The notes under the pieces: generated by a model
Told to the model about the DNA's origin: nothing
Database searches by the model: none
The model's input: only the letters and a program-made list of their open reading frames with translations
Position numbers and translations under genes: made by a program
DNA from: an uncultured Verrucomicrobiae bacterium
GTDB lineage: Bacteria > Verrucomicrobiota > Verrucomicrobiia > Limisphaerales > Palsa-1400
Assembly: GCA_963702845.1 (NCBI GenBank)
Contig: OY969763.1
Location: 2,848,001 to 2,912,000 of the forward strand
Reading direction: 5' to 3'
DNA: 64,000 nucleotides
Shown: positions 20,008-29,940 of the stretch, one piece after another
Numbering within the stretch: the first letter of the stretch is position 1
Layout: every line of letters begins with the position of its first letter

Positions 20008-21165
20008 ATGAATCGTCCCGCTGTTATCGCTCTTGAAGATGGATCTGTTTTTCGCGGCACCGCCTTTGGCGCCAGCGCTGAAGCTTGTGGTGAAGTGTGC
20101 TTCAACACTTCGATGACGGGTTATCAGGAAATTCTCACCGACCCGTCCTACAAAGGCCAAATCGTTGCGATGACTTACCCGCTCATCGGCAACTACGGCG
20201 TGAACACACACGACGTCGAGTCGTGGCAACCGCACGTGGCTGGTTTTATCGTGCGTGAGCTTTCGCCCATCGTGAGCAATTGGCGCGCAGACATGTCGCT
20301 GCCGACGTATTTGGGAAAGAATGGTATCCCCGGAATTCAAGGAATCGATACACGGGCGTTGACCAAGAAATTGCGCGTGCGCGGTGCGTTGAATGGTTTC
20401 ATTACCACAAAAGAAATTTCAGACGCGGAAGCCATCGATCGTGCGAAGAATTGGCCCGGATTGGTCGGTGTCGATTACGTGAAGGAAGTCACACACAAGA
20501 AGCCGTTCCTGTGGGATGAAAAAGATGAGCAAAGCGGCGATTTTACGCTGCCCGTTGGCAACACCACTCGCGCTATCTTCGGACCGTTGCCGACTGCCGA
20601 TATTCCGATTGTCGCCTATGACTTCGGAATGAAATACAATATTTTGCGGCGTTTGCGTCAGCTTGGATTCAAACCCCAGGTGGTGCCGGCAACGACGCCT
20701 GCCGAGGAAGCCCTGAAATACAAACCTGCTGGAATCTTCCTTTCCAATGGCCCCGGCGATCCGGCGGCGCTTGGTTACGCTGTGCAAGCGGTTTCTCATT
20801 TGGTGAAGAGCGGCGTCCCGATTTTTGGGATCTGTCTTGGGCATCAGATTCTCGGACAAGCATTCGGCGGCAAGACTTTCAAACTCAAGTTCGGTCATCG
20901 CGGCGCCAATCAACCGGTCAAAGACTTGAATTCAGGTAAAGTCGAAATCACTTCGCAGAATCATGGTTTCGCCGTAGATGCAGCCTCTCTGCCAAAAGAC
21001 GTGCAGGTCGATCGCATCAATTTAAACGACCAAACGGTTGAAGGCATGCGCCACAAAACGAAGCCGATATTCTGCGTGCAATATCACCCAGAAGCTTCCC
21101 CTGGACCGCACGATTCAACGCCGCTGTTTGCTGAGTTTCGGCAGTTGATCGAGAAGAAGGGTTAA
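20008..21165 (+). CDS. carA: Carbamoyl-phosphate synthase small subunit
   Basis: FNTSMTGYQEILTDPSY, SNGPGDP, GICLGHQ, QYHPEA. Confidence 0.97.
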   Translation: MNRPAVIALEDGSVFRGTAFGASAEACGEVCFNTSMTGYQEILTDPSYKGQIVAMTYPLIGNYGVNTHDVESWQPHVAGFIVRELSPIVSNWRADMSLPTYLGKNGIPGIQGIDTRALTKKLRVRGALNGFITTKEISDAEAIDRAKNWPGLVGVDYVKEVTHKKPFLWDEKDEQSGDFTLPVGNTTRAIFGPLPTADIPIVAYDFGMKYNILRRLRQLGFKPQVVPATTPAEEALKYKPAGIFLSNGPGDPAALGYAVQAVSHLVKSGVPIFGICLGHQILGQAFGGKTFKLKFGHRGANQPVKDLNSGKVEITSQNHGFAVDAASLPKDVQVDRINLNDQTVEGMRHKTKPIFCVQYHPEASPGPHDSTPLFAEFRQLIEKKG

Positions 21166-21216
21166 CTGAAAACGCTTCTACGCGTCGGCGACTGAACCCT
21201 CCACTCGCTCGTAGAT

Positions 21217-21690
21217 TTATTTGCTCTCTTTCGAACCACGTTCGATCAGGCGCTTCGTTAAAAACACCAGACCGCCCATTTGGATCCATTCAGACACGAT
21301 ATTACCGACGACCTGGCCCCATTTAGAATTTGCGTCCATGCGAAAGTAGAGAATCGCCCAGCCAATCCCCGTGATCGAAAGGAAGATCAGCAGCGAATGG
21401 CACATCAAGAAGTTAAAGATTCGATTCGAATAATGGCCCCGAAACGGTCTGCTCTCCGCTGACCCAATCTCAATAAGAAATTTAGTCCCTAAAATAATGA
21501 CGACCGATCCGCTCCAATCCGCTATCGCATTACCATAAAACGCTCCCATGTGCGTCGTCGGGTCAGAGTTACAATAAAGTCCAATCCACAAAGCCAGTAG
21601 CGCGATCGCCACGATGCTGAGCGAGTGTTTGTGAATAAAGCGCGCCAATGGTGAACGATGTTTTTTCCAGGCGGGTTGGTCGGATTTCAT
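21217..21690 (-). CDS. Hypothetical membrane protein (4 TM, internal duplication)
   Basis: The HSL...W...G(T/L)K.LIE.GS.ES unit occurs twice. ATG at 21690 overlaps the upstream stop. Confidence 0.75.
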   Translation of the reverse strand: MKSDQPAWKKHRSPLARFIHKHSLSIVAIALLALWIGLYCNSDPTTHMGAFYGNAIADWSGSVVIILGTKFLIEIGSAESRPFRGHYSNRIFNFLMCHSLLIFLSITGIGWAILYFRMDANSKWGQVVGNIVSEWIQMGGLVFLTKRLIERGSKESK

Positions 21691-22568
21691 TTGTCTCGTT
21701 TCAGTGTTTGCGCGAGAAAGGCGAGCACGCGCTGCTCGTATTGTCCCTTCACAAATGCATGCAGATTGACGTGCCCTGCCCCTTCCACTGCCCAAAATTG
21801 CTTTGGCTCAACCGCGGCGGCAAACAACTCATTGGCTTCAACAAGTGTTGTTTGATGATCCTCCGTTCCCGCCAGGAAATATTTTGGAACCGATACTTTG
21901 CTCACGCCATCGATTGGTCGGAGTTGGTTGGGACTGATATCAAGGCGCAGACCCAACTGACACGTCAAAAGCGGTGTGAAAATTTTTCCGACCGGCCCGA
22001 GTCGCATCACCATGCGATCTTCAGTTGCGCGCACGATATCGGGATAAACGCTTTCCAGAATCATCGCATCGACTTGTAACGGTGGATTCGCAAGCAGCGC
22101 GGCGGCTCCTCCCATTGAAACACCGATGAGACCGATTTTTGCCTTCGGGTTCCTTGTTCTCGTAAACTCCACTACTGCTTGTGCATCTCTGCTTTCCAGA
22201 TAGCCGAAAGTGATTTGTTTTCCCGGACTTTCACCATGTGCTTGAAAATCGAACAGCAAAGTTCCGTAGCCAGCTTCGTGTAAGAACCGCGCGCGGCCCA
22301 TCATATCGCCGCGACAACCCCGGACACCGTGCATCAGAATGATGACCGGCGCGTTGGAGTCGGGCGACGCAAAGAACCATCCGCTCAAGTCCGAACCGGA
22401 CGCGCTTTGAATCTTCACCGTTTCTGCGCGTAAATCTGAGGGCAATGGACCGGATTGGCGTCTGGAAGGCGCGGTGAGAAAGCCACCTACCAGCCACGTG
22501 ATGGATAATCCTGTCAGGAATAGGACCAAAATCGATATCGATAAAACCTTTTTGCGGACAAATGTCAT
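21687..22568 (-). CDS. Alpha/beta hydrolase (membrane-anchored)
   Basis: HG, DFQAHGES, GVSMGG nucleophile elbow, GAGH. Confidence 0.9.
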   Translation of the reverse strand: MTFVRKKVLSISILVLFLTGLSITWLVGGFLTAPSRRQSGPLPSDLRAETVKIQSASGSDLSGWFFASPDSNAPVIILMHGVRGCRGDMMGRARFLHEAGYGTLLFDFQAHGESPGKQITFGYLESRDAQAVVEFTRTRNPKAKIGLIGVSMGGAAALLANPPLQVDAMILESVYPDIVRATEDRMVMRLGPVGKIFTPLLTCQLGLRLDISPNQLRPIDGVSKVSVPKYFLAGTEDHQTTLVEANELFAAAVEPKQFWAVEGAGHVNLHAFVKGQYEQRVLAFLAQTLKRDK

Positions 22569-22756
22569 CGCTGCCTCAAAATTTTTATTTGCAAAAGCCA
22601 GAACTCCATACGAGGTTTCCGCTAGATAGAGGGGCATTGTCAAGATTCCATTGCGTGGTAAATCTTCAGGTGAACTCAGTTCGATGATGATTTGAAACCC
22701 GGTAGTCGGGAACAGCGACGGAAGCCAGCAAGCCGTCTCGCCAAAGTAGTAGTTGC

Positions 22757-23134
22757 ATGAACACTAGATTGTACGTGGGGAATCTTTCCTTCGACACGAC
22801 GGAAAATGATCTCCAGGACCTGTTTGGTCAGTTTGGTCCAGTTTCGGACGTTAACCTGATTACCGATCGCATGAGCGGGCGCTCCCGTGGATTTGCGTTT
22901 GTGACCATGGGCACCCCGGAAGCAGCGCAGGCCGCCATTCAAGGAGTGAGCGGTAAAGATATTGGTGGTCGCGCGATCACCGTCAACGAAGCCCGTCCGA
23001 AGGAAGAAGGCGGTGGCGGCGGTGGCGGCGGCGGCCGTGGAGGTGGCGGTGGTTACCGTGGCGGCGGCGGCGGCGGTGGTGGTGGTGGTGGCCGTGGCGG
23101 TGGTGGCGGCGGACGCCGGGAATACTCACGCTAA
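22757..23134 (+). CDS. RRM RNA-binding protein with Gly/Arg-rich tail
   Basis: RNP2 LYVGNL, RNP1 RGFAFV, poly-Gly tail. Confidence 0.95.
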   Translation: MNTRLYVGNLSFDTTENDLQDLFGQFGPVSDVNLITDRMSGRSRGFAFVTMGTPEAAQAAIQGVSGKDIGGRAITVNEARPKEEGGGGGGGGGRGGGGGYRGGGGGGGGGGGRGGGGGGRREYSR

Positions 23135-23147
23135 GGTTTGTTTTTCA

Positions 23148-23178
23148 CGCGGCGGGCGTAACACCCCGCCGCGCTTTT
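23148..23178 (+). terminator. Intrinsic terminator
   Basis: CGCGGCGGG...CCCGCCGCG followed by TTTT. Confidence 0.7.
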
Positions 23179-23221
23179 AATTCTTCTTTCGCGATTTCGC
23201 GAACCGAAGCAACTTAGTCTC

Positions 23222-24229
23222 ATGAGACAAGCTTGCTGCGTCCTTTTAATTTTTTCGTTTGCCGCATTCTCGCGCGCTGCTGAGAAGGATTTGCCACGCG
23301 GTGTCGAAGCCAAGCAATACACCGGCTGGGAAGAATGCGTTTTTCTCAATGCCTCTGAAACACCCGTTCAGGCGATCATTGTTCCCGCGATTGGCGGTCG
23401 CATCATCAACTTCAGTTACGACAACGACAACATCCTCTTTGAGAATGCCGCTTCCGCCGGCAGAACTGTTGCCGATAACAAAGGACCGTTCTGGGCCAGC
23501 GGTTATCAATGCGACATCGGTCCCGAAATCGGGCATATCCCGCCACACGATCAACTTTGGATCGGGGCCAATACCTGGAAAGCGCCTCACGATTACAATG
23601 TGAACCTAACCAGTCAAACGGATACAAACCTCGGCATTGCCATCGATAAACAAATCGTAATGGCACCCGACACCGGGGAGCTCGGGATCGTGCAGCGATT
23701 GCGCAACGAATCGAGCAGCGCGAAATCCTATTGCCTATGGGATCGCAGCTTGTGCAAAGGCGGTGGCTACGCCTTTTTCCCGCTGAACAAACATAGTCAC
23801 TTCAAGCATGGGTGGTCAGTCCGCGCGAGAGTCGAAAATAATTACGTTTACGACAGCGAGAACCCTAGCCTGCCCCAGGTCCAAATTCTCGACGGTGTGC
23901 TCGTCACTGAAACATTTGGGGAACCGAGCAAGATCGGCGCGGACAGCGACGCAGGTTGGGTCGCTTATGTGCGCGGCAAATTACTTTTCGTGAAATATTT
24001 TCCGTACAATCGGAAGGGCAAATACACGGATGGCGGCAACTCTGTTGAAGTCTATTTCGATCAACGCGTCGCCGAAATTGAACCGCTCAGTCCCGAAACA
24101 AAACTCGAGCCCGGCCAAAACTTCAGCTTCCCCGAGAAATGGGTGCTGATTCCGTTGAAGAAGGAAGTCACCACCGTGCAACAAGCACGCGATTTGGTGA
24201 AACGAATTCCCCCGTCGCCTTTCAAATAA
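23222..24229 (+). CDS. Exported galactose-mutarotase-like (DUF4380-like) protein
   Basis: Signal peptide, VPAIGGRI, SVEVY..EIEPLSP...E.W. Confidence 0.6.
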   Translation: MRQACCVLLIFSFAAFSRAAEKDLPRGVEAKQYTGWEECVFLNASETPVQAIIVPAIGGRIINFSYDNDNILFENAASAGRTVADNKGPFWASGYQCDIGPEIGHIPPHDQLWIGANTWKAPHDYNVNLTSQTDTNLGIAIDKQIVMAPDTGELGIVQRLRNESSSAKSYCLWDRSLCKGGGYAFFPLNKHSHFKHGWSVRARVENNYVYDSENPSLPQVQILDGVLVTETFGEPSKIGADSDAGWVAYVRGKLLFVKYFPYNRKGKYTDGGNSVEVYFDQRVAEIEPLSPETKLEPGQNFSFPEKWVLIPLKKEVTTVQQARDLVKRIPPSPFK

Positions 24230-24233
24230 CTTT

Positions 24234-24270
24234 GTAGCAGCCGACGTGAGGAGGCTCTGACTGATTTCGA
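24234..24270. repeat. REP-like element
   Basis: GTAGCAGCCGACGTGAGGAGGCT between convergent genes; the GTAG start is typical of REPs. Confidence 0.45.
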
Positions 24271-24280
24271 ATTCCGCGAG

Positions 24281-25033
24281 CTACCGGTCCCACATCGCTC
24301 TGTCATCACCTCGCGGATACTGCCAGCCGAGCGAACTGGATTTCAGGGCTTTGGCGTGTCCATCTACGAATGCGCAATTCGCCAGTCCATTATGCCGATT
24401 AAAGACGCGCACCGGATTGCGATGCCATTGATCATTGCGCGCCGCAGGCGTCAAAAAAAGCCACACCCCATATCCTTCCCAGTAGTTTTCTCGATTAATA
24501 GAAGCAATCCAGAGATCCGCATTTGTCTCCTTTACGTTGTCGATATAGGCGGAATCCGCAAACATCACCGTCTCTGACGGTCTTCTGACCGACGACACTT
24601 TGACAAATGGACCCGTGGCCGGGTCGACGTTTTCCGGAAACACACCGAGTTCGTTGAAATTCATGCCGATGCCATAAAGGTTCGTCAACGTCACACCAGC
24701 TTGTGTTGGGAACACATCTGGACAGCTATAAAGCTTCGGACCGCCCTTGGTGTAAGGCCGCAATATATCCGGCCACCACAAATAATCTTGATACGGGATC
24801 AGCCGGTCGGACGGCAACGGATTCACCACGCACGCAATCGGAACAATAATATCCCGAAACTCCCCCGTGTAGAGCGTGCTCGCAATTCCGATCTGGTGCA
24901 TGTTGTTGAGACACGTTGTCGCCCGCGCCTTTTCTTTCGCGCGAGACAACACCGGCAAAAGGAGCGCCGCCAAAATCGCAATGATTGCGATCGCCACCAA
25001 CAGCTCGGTCAACGTGAATGCTTGTTGTCGCAC
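24281..25033 (-). CDS. Prepilin-type N-terminal cleavage/H-X9-DG protein (DUF1559-like)
   Basis: [38 protein letters not shown]. Starts 8 nt after the ECF stop. Confidence 0.9.
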   Translation of the reverse strand: MRQQAFTLTELLVAIAIIAILAALLLPVLSRAKEKARATTCLNNMHQIGIASTLYTGEFRDIIVPIACVVNPLPSDRLIPYQDYLWWPDILRPYTKGGPKLYSCPDVFPTQAGVTLTNLYGIGMNFNELGVFPENVDPATGPFVKVSSVRRPSETVMFADSAYIDNVKETNADLWIASINRENYWEGYGVWLFLTPAARNDQWHRNPVRVFNRHNGLANCAFVDGHAKALKSSSLGWQYPRGDDRAMWDR

Positions 25034-25041
25034 GGAATATT

Positions 25042-26652
25042 CTATTCAACTGTCAGCCCAACCATAAAGGGAACACTAATTGTTTTATCCGAGACATAAT
25101 CGATCGTCGACAGCGTTAGGTTTGAATGGGGATTGATAAAAGTTGTCCGATACAACACCAGCGATTCGTCGGGCTGCATCCTTTTAATCATCGGGTTCAT
25201 TCCAACCCAGGCTGGTTCGGTCAACGAATCCGTTTTGAGATTCAATGAATTCACACCCGTCTTGAACAACGGAGCCCACCAGTCCCAAACGTTTACCCCA
25301 GGAACAATGCGTAGTTCACTTTTACTGCCATCAGAAAAATGAAGGACCAACTGCCCGATCGGCTGTCCAGCCATCTCGAACGAAATGAGTCCCGCGCCAT
25401 GAAGAATATGAATCTTGCTGCACTGTCGATCGATCCGGATGTCCTTCACCCTCGCTGGATAATCATTTCCCTTCTTATAATGATCAAGCCACCCGCCAGT
25501 AAGATATACAGCTCCCTCAACGTCAAATGGCACACCTCCGAAAATGTGCGTTCCAGTCGGTAACTGCGCCAAATTATCCGAATTATCGCCTTTGTCCCCC
25601 AACGGCCCGTCAGCCAACTTCGTGTTAACGTATGGCTTCAAATCAATCGTCACTGCATCCGTCGTGTCGTTGACTTGTTGCCTCGCCTTGATCTCTTCCT
25701 CCCTCGCCCGTTTTTCACCCGGCCAAACTTCCGCACGAAGTTTTAAGATTTCTGCTCGGTGCGGACTCTTTTTAAACACGCGGTTCATCGAATTATCGAG
25801 GACAGAACCGGGTATGGAAGCAAACCGCTGCCGAAGAGCCGCTTTTTCTGCAGCTTGCCGCTTCGCCGCCACGCTCTTCAAAATCACCGTTGCGGTCCCT
25901 GCCAATAACAAGACAACCGCCGCGCCGATTACCGTTTTCGTTTTTGACCAAGCCATGAATTTTATTGCTCCTTTTACGAGGGTTAAAGTCGAACTACTCA
26001 CGACGACCCCGTGGATCGCCGTGGTAGTTACCGTTCCTGCCAAGCCGATCGGCGCGGCCTGCACCGAGTTTCCCGAAATCGCAGCCACGAGGATGACTGA
26101 GGTAAGCGTGACTCCTTGTTTGCTGAAGAACCGTCGAAGTTTGTCGACCGCGCGCGTCGTTCGTTTGTGCGCTGCCCATTCGCCGATTCCCAAGACGCTG
26201 GCTGTTTCCGATGCCGATTTGTTCTCGAAAAACCGCATCGCCAAAATGGCGCGCTCATTAGAGGTCAGGTTTTCCATCGCTTGCTCTAGAAACGGCGCGA
26301 GTCGGGCCCATGCCTCCTCAGGGCCAAGTTCAGAATTCAACGTCTGCATAGCTGCATCTCGTTCTCGGATTTCCCGGCGAAGTCTCGACCTTAACAGTCT
26401 TTTCGAAGTAAACCGTGTCGTTTCATACAACCAACCCACGAGAACCGTACGCGGGCTCAATCGGTTCGCCTTGCGCGCCAGAATCAGGAAGACCACTTGC
26501 GCCACCTCCTCGGCGTCACGTGCATCACCGACGCGACGCAACGCCGCGGAATACACCATATTCAGATGGCGTTTAACCAGCTCGGCAAAAGCCGATTCCG
26601 AGCCATTATCGGCAAACTCTCGCAATAGCTCCATGTCATCTGGCTCGGCCAT
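25042..26652 (-). CDS. Extended ECF sigma factor 1 (sigma2/4, TM, jelly-roll/carbohydrate-binding-like domain)
   Basis: [30 protein letters not shown], sigma4, Ala-rich linker, TM, then [20 protein letters not shown]. Confidence 0.9.
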   Translation of the reverse strand: MAEPDDMELLREFADNGSESAFAELVKRHLNMVYSAALRRVGDARDAEEVAQVVFLILARKANRLSPRTVLVGWLYETTRFTSKRLLRSRLRREIRERDAAMQTLNSELGPEEAWARLAPFLEQAMENLTSNERAILAMRFFENKSASETASVLGIGEWAAHKRTTRAVDKLRRFFSKQGVTLTSVILVAAISGNSVQAAPIGLAGTVTTTAIHGVVVSSSTLTLVKGAIKFMAWSKTKTVIGAAVVLLLAGTATVILKSVAAKRQAAEKAALRQRFASIPGSVLDNSMNRVFKKSPHRAEILKLRAEVWPGEKRAREEEIKARQQVNDTTDAVTIDLKPYVNTKLADGPLGDKGDNSDNLAQLPTGTHIFGGVPFDVEGAVYLTGGWLDHYKKGNDYPARVKDIRIDRQCSKIHILHGAGLISFEMAGQPIGQLVLHFSDGSKSELRIVPGVNVWDWWAPLFKTGVNSLNLKTDSLTEPAWVGMNPMIKRMQPDESLVLYRTTFINPHSNLTLSTIDYVSDKTISVPFMVGLTVE

Positions 26653-26743
26653 CTAAATAAGTAATCCCCGACCGCGGCGAAATTGGACATCTATTTTCAC
26701 AAATGTCTCCGCCACGACCGGGGATGATGCCCACCCGCACCTC

Positions 26744-28354
26744 CTACTTGAAATCCGCCGCTGAAAAATTCTGGTTCACCTGAATATTTTCCTGCGTTTG
26801 CGTGTAGATAAACTCACCCGACTTCATTGCTTTGGTCGTGTTCTTCATCATCGAATCCATTCTAGCGCGCACCTCCGCTATCGCCTCCGGAGTCACCGGT
26901 TTTTTTTGTACCCGAAGCATCTCGGAAAGGTCGGCATCGGATAGCTTTATTTCAGCCGAACTCATCGTAACGGAAGTTCGGGTGCGCCGGATCAAGTGGT
27001 CCTGTTTGCCAATCCAAAATGTGTTTTTAAGTTTCCCAACTCGCGAAGCCATTTTGCCTGCGAGACCAGCTTGTTTGGGAATTGCACTTGTATCCAACTC
27101 CATCGTGATCACGAAGCAATCCGCTTCGCCAACCTTCTCATCCTTTCCTTTTGTCTGACGCGAACTCCCACTCTTCGCGGAACTCAACATATTTCCCCAA
27201 CCCTGGTTGAAAAACACGGACGGTATCATCGAGGCCGCCAGCGACGACACGCCAGTCGCCGAACCAATTGCCAACTGCATATTCTGAAATTTCTGCACTT
27301 TCCCTTGCACGCCGCCCGCACCAGTCATCTGAAAATAGTCCCCCGTCCCGTCGTTCCAAGTCGCACCTGTGCTGGTAAACGCACCACCGGTTTGTGTCCA
27401 ATCGACGTGATACAATTGCGGGCGTTGCAACCGAATGTTGAATGCTGTTTCCGTGTTTGCACCACCCCCACTCACAAGGACCGTTCCGCTGCTGCTGTAA
27501 CTCGATAGCGCCGCATACGCGTCCATCGTGCCTTTCACGATTTGTTGCGCTGCCGCGTCGCTTCCATTCGCTGTTTTCGAAATCGCCACCGTCGCCACAC
27601 CGCCAATGAATAAAGCTGCTACGCCCACACCGATTGCTGTTTTCGCCTTTGACCATGCCATAAGTTTAAGTGCTCCTTTAACTAGGGTTATTGTTGAACT
27701 GCTGACGGCGGCCCCCTTGGCCGCCGTCGCAGTTACCGTTCCTGCCAAGCCAATCGGTGCTGCCTGCACCGAGTTGCCCGAAATCGCTGCTCCGATGATC
27801 GCGGTCGTAGAAACCACGCCACGCTTGCTAAATAATTTCCGCAGCTTCTCCAACGCGCGGGCAGTCCGTTTATGCGCCGCCTGCTCATTGATGTTCATCA
27901 ACGCCGCCGCTTGCGCCGCGCTTTTGTTTTCATAGAAACGCAAAGCCAACAGCGCCCGATCCTTTTCACCCAATCGCGACATCGCCGTTTCAAGATGTGG
28001 CGCAAGTTGAGGCCAAACACCTTCGTCGTCGGATTGGTTCAAGTGCGATTGCATATACGCTTCCTGTTCCCGCGATCGGCGGCGCGACTGTGCCCGCAAA
28101 AATCCGGCTGCGGTGAACCGCGTAGTTTCGTAAAACCAACCAGTTAACACAGTGCGATCGCCCAATTTGGCTGCTTTTTTTGCGAAGATAACGAAGACAG
28201 CTTGCGTGACGTCGTGGGCCTCGGCATCGCCGGTCAGACGCAACGCCACGGAATACACCAGATTGATGTGACGCCGAACCAGCTCAGAAAACGCTGGTTC
28301 TGATTCCTGGTGCACAAATTGCCCCATCAATTCCATGTCGCTGACATCCTGCAT
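26744..28354 (-). CDS. Extended ECF sigma factor 2 (C-terminal LolA-like/DUF2092-like domain)
   Basis: Same N-terminal architecture. The C-terminus has YAALSSYSSSG..IRLQRP..FWIGKQDHLIRR..VNQNFSAADF. Confidence 0.88.
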   Translation of the reverse strand: MQDVSDMELMGQFVHQESEPAFSELVRRHINLVYSVALRLTGDAEAHDVTQAVFVIFAKKAAKLGDRTVLTGWFYETTRFTAAGFLRAQSRRRSREQEAYMQSHLNQSDDEGVWPQLAPHLETAMSRLGEKDRALLALRFYENKSAAQAAALMNINEQAAHKRTARALEKLRKLFSKRGVVSTTAIIGAAISGNSVQAAPIGLAGTVTATAAKGAAVSSSTITLVKGALKLMAWSKAKTAIGVGVAALFIGGVATVAISKTANGSDAAAQQIVKGTMDAYAALSSYSSSGTVLVSGGGANTETAFNIRLQRPQLYHVDWTQTGGAFTSTGATWNDGTGDYFQMTGAGGVQGKVQKFQNMQLAIGSATGVSSLAASMIPSVFFNQGWGNMLSSAKSGSSRQTKGKDEKVGEADCFVITMELDTSAIPKQAGLAGKMASRVGKLKNTFWIGKQDHLIRRTRTSVTMSSAEIKLSDADLSEMLRVQKKPVTPEAIAEVRARMDSMMKNTTKAMKSGEFIYTQTQENIQVNQNFSAADFK

Positions 28355-28452
28355 CTACATAGTATTGGCCGGTCAGCGTTGGAACTGGACATTTTATTTG
28401 AACGCCCCAGCGGCGTCAGCCAACCTCAGGCAGCGAACGGCTAGGCCCAGGT

Positions 28453-29877
28453 TCACGCCTTCGGTCGAGAGAAGACGTCGTCGGCCACCGCCTCATTGCG
28501 TTTGACCTCGGTGAACTTAAGCGTCCAGTGTTCCGCTCCGCTCTGGCGCAAAACGAACGGCAATACTAACCCGTCAATCTCCCGATAATCCTCACCATCC
28601 ATTTGATACTGCTGAGCCCCGATTGCGTAATTGATCCGAACCAACAACCCTGTCTGCGTATCGAACCACAATTGCGGCGATTGGTCCTGTAACTTCACTT
28701 CAACAACATAGGCCGAACGTTTGCCGATCGGTTCCTTACCTTTGAGGCTGGCCTTCGGAAGCAGCGCGGCGAGAGAATCACCTCGATAAGCACCCAAAAT
28801 AATTCCCGTCACGAGCGCGTTAACCGGATCCAAATCAGGACCTCCCCATGGAGAGACTTCCCACCCAGCCACTCCATCGAACCCGCGACGGAAAACCGGG
28901 TTACCTCCCGCCTTGAGCACCTCAAGCCAACGATCTGGCGCCTTGACTATCGCCGCGGCGTCCAGCGTTCCTAACCCATCTCCACTTTCGAAAACGCCCT
29001 TCATCGTCAGCGTCGTCGTCTTGTCTGCGCCGGCCATCGGACCTTTGCTTTTCGTGTAGCGCGCAAAAATTTCGGCAACCGTTGGCGATGAAGAAACATT
29101 CTTCGAGACCACCGTTACCGTTCCTGCGGCAAGCAAAACTGCCACACTCGCGATGATACCGACTTTTACCTTTGACCATGCCATAAGTTTGATTGCTCCT
29201 TTTACGAGGGTTGATGTTGAACTGCCGATGGCCGCTCCTTTAGCCGCCGTCGCAGTAACCGTTCCTGCCAAGCCAATCGGCGCTGCCTGCACCGAATTAC
29301 CCGAAATTGCCGTCGCAATGATCGCCGTCGTCGAAACCACACCGCGTTTGCTGTAAAACTTGCGCAATTTATCCAAAGCCCGTGACACGCGTTTTTGCGC
29401 AGTATCCGGGTCAACGCCTAGAATGTTTCCAACTTCGTTGAGCGGTTTTTGCTGGTAGAACCGCAAAACGATTGCGCTACGATCACGCTCGTTGAGTTGG
29501 GCCACCGCTTCGTCGAGCAGCGGCGACATTTGCGCCCATGCTTTCGCATCGGGTTCATTCAAGAGCGATTGCATATACGCCTCCTGTTCGCGGTGCAGCC
29601 GTCGATATTCCGTCCTCCGGGTATTGCGCGCTACGAAATGCGCAGTGCGACAAAGCCAGCCGGCGAGCACCGTCGTATCACTCAGCTTCCCGGCTTTTTG
29701 AGCGAGGATTATAAAAACAGCCTGCGCGACTTCCTGGGCCTGCTCTGGATTCTGAACTTGTCGCAATGCGGCGGAATAGACGAGAGCGATATATCGCTCC
29801 ACCAGCATGGAAAAGGCTTCTTCCGATTGCCGGGAGGCGTAAGCAGACAATAATTCCGCGTCATCCAACTCGCTCAT
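28453..29877 (-). CDS. Extended ECF sigma factor 3 (C-terminal LolA-like domain)
   Basis: C-terminus has KAPDR..GFDG..LWFDTQTGLLVR..DYREIDGLVLPF..NEAVADDVF. Confidence 0.88.
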   Translation of the reverse strand: MSELDDAELLSAYASRQSEEAFSMLVERYIALVYSAALRQVQNPEQAQEVAQAVFIILAQKAGKLSDTTVLAGWLCRTAHFVARNTRRTEYRRLHREQEAYMQSLLNEPDAKAWAQMSPLLDEAVAQLNERDRSAIVLRFYQQKPLNEVGNILGVDPDTAQKRVSRALDKLRKFYSKRGVVSTTAIIATAISGNSVQAAPIGLAGTVTATAAKGAAIGSSTSTLVKGAIKLMAWSKVKVGIIASVAVLLAAGTVTVVSKNVSSSPTVAEIFARYTKSKGPMAGADKTTTLTMKGVFESGDGLGTLDAAAIVKAPDRWLEVLKAGGNPVFRRGFDGVAGWEVSPWGGPDLDPVNALVTGIILGAYRGDSLAALLPKASLKGKEPIGKRSAYVVEVKLQDQSPQLWFDTQTGLLVRINYAIGAQQYQMDGEDYREIDGLVLPFVLRQSGAEHWTLKFTEVKRNEAVADDVFSRPKA

Positions 29878-29940
29878 TACCTATAATTGTCTGCCCGCGA
29901 AAGAATCCGACAATTTAATTTGCGAGAAGCCTGGCGCAGG

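Noticed and set aside
23010..23112. GGC/GGT repeat tract
   Set aside because: Encodes the ordinary Gly-rich tail of the RRM protein.
25544..26656. Long antisense ORFs opposite ECF and other genes
   Set aside because: Shadow ORFs of GC-rich coding sequence with no recognisable motifs.
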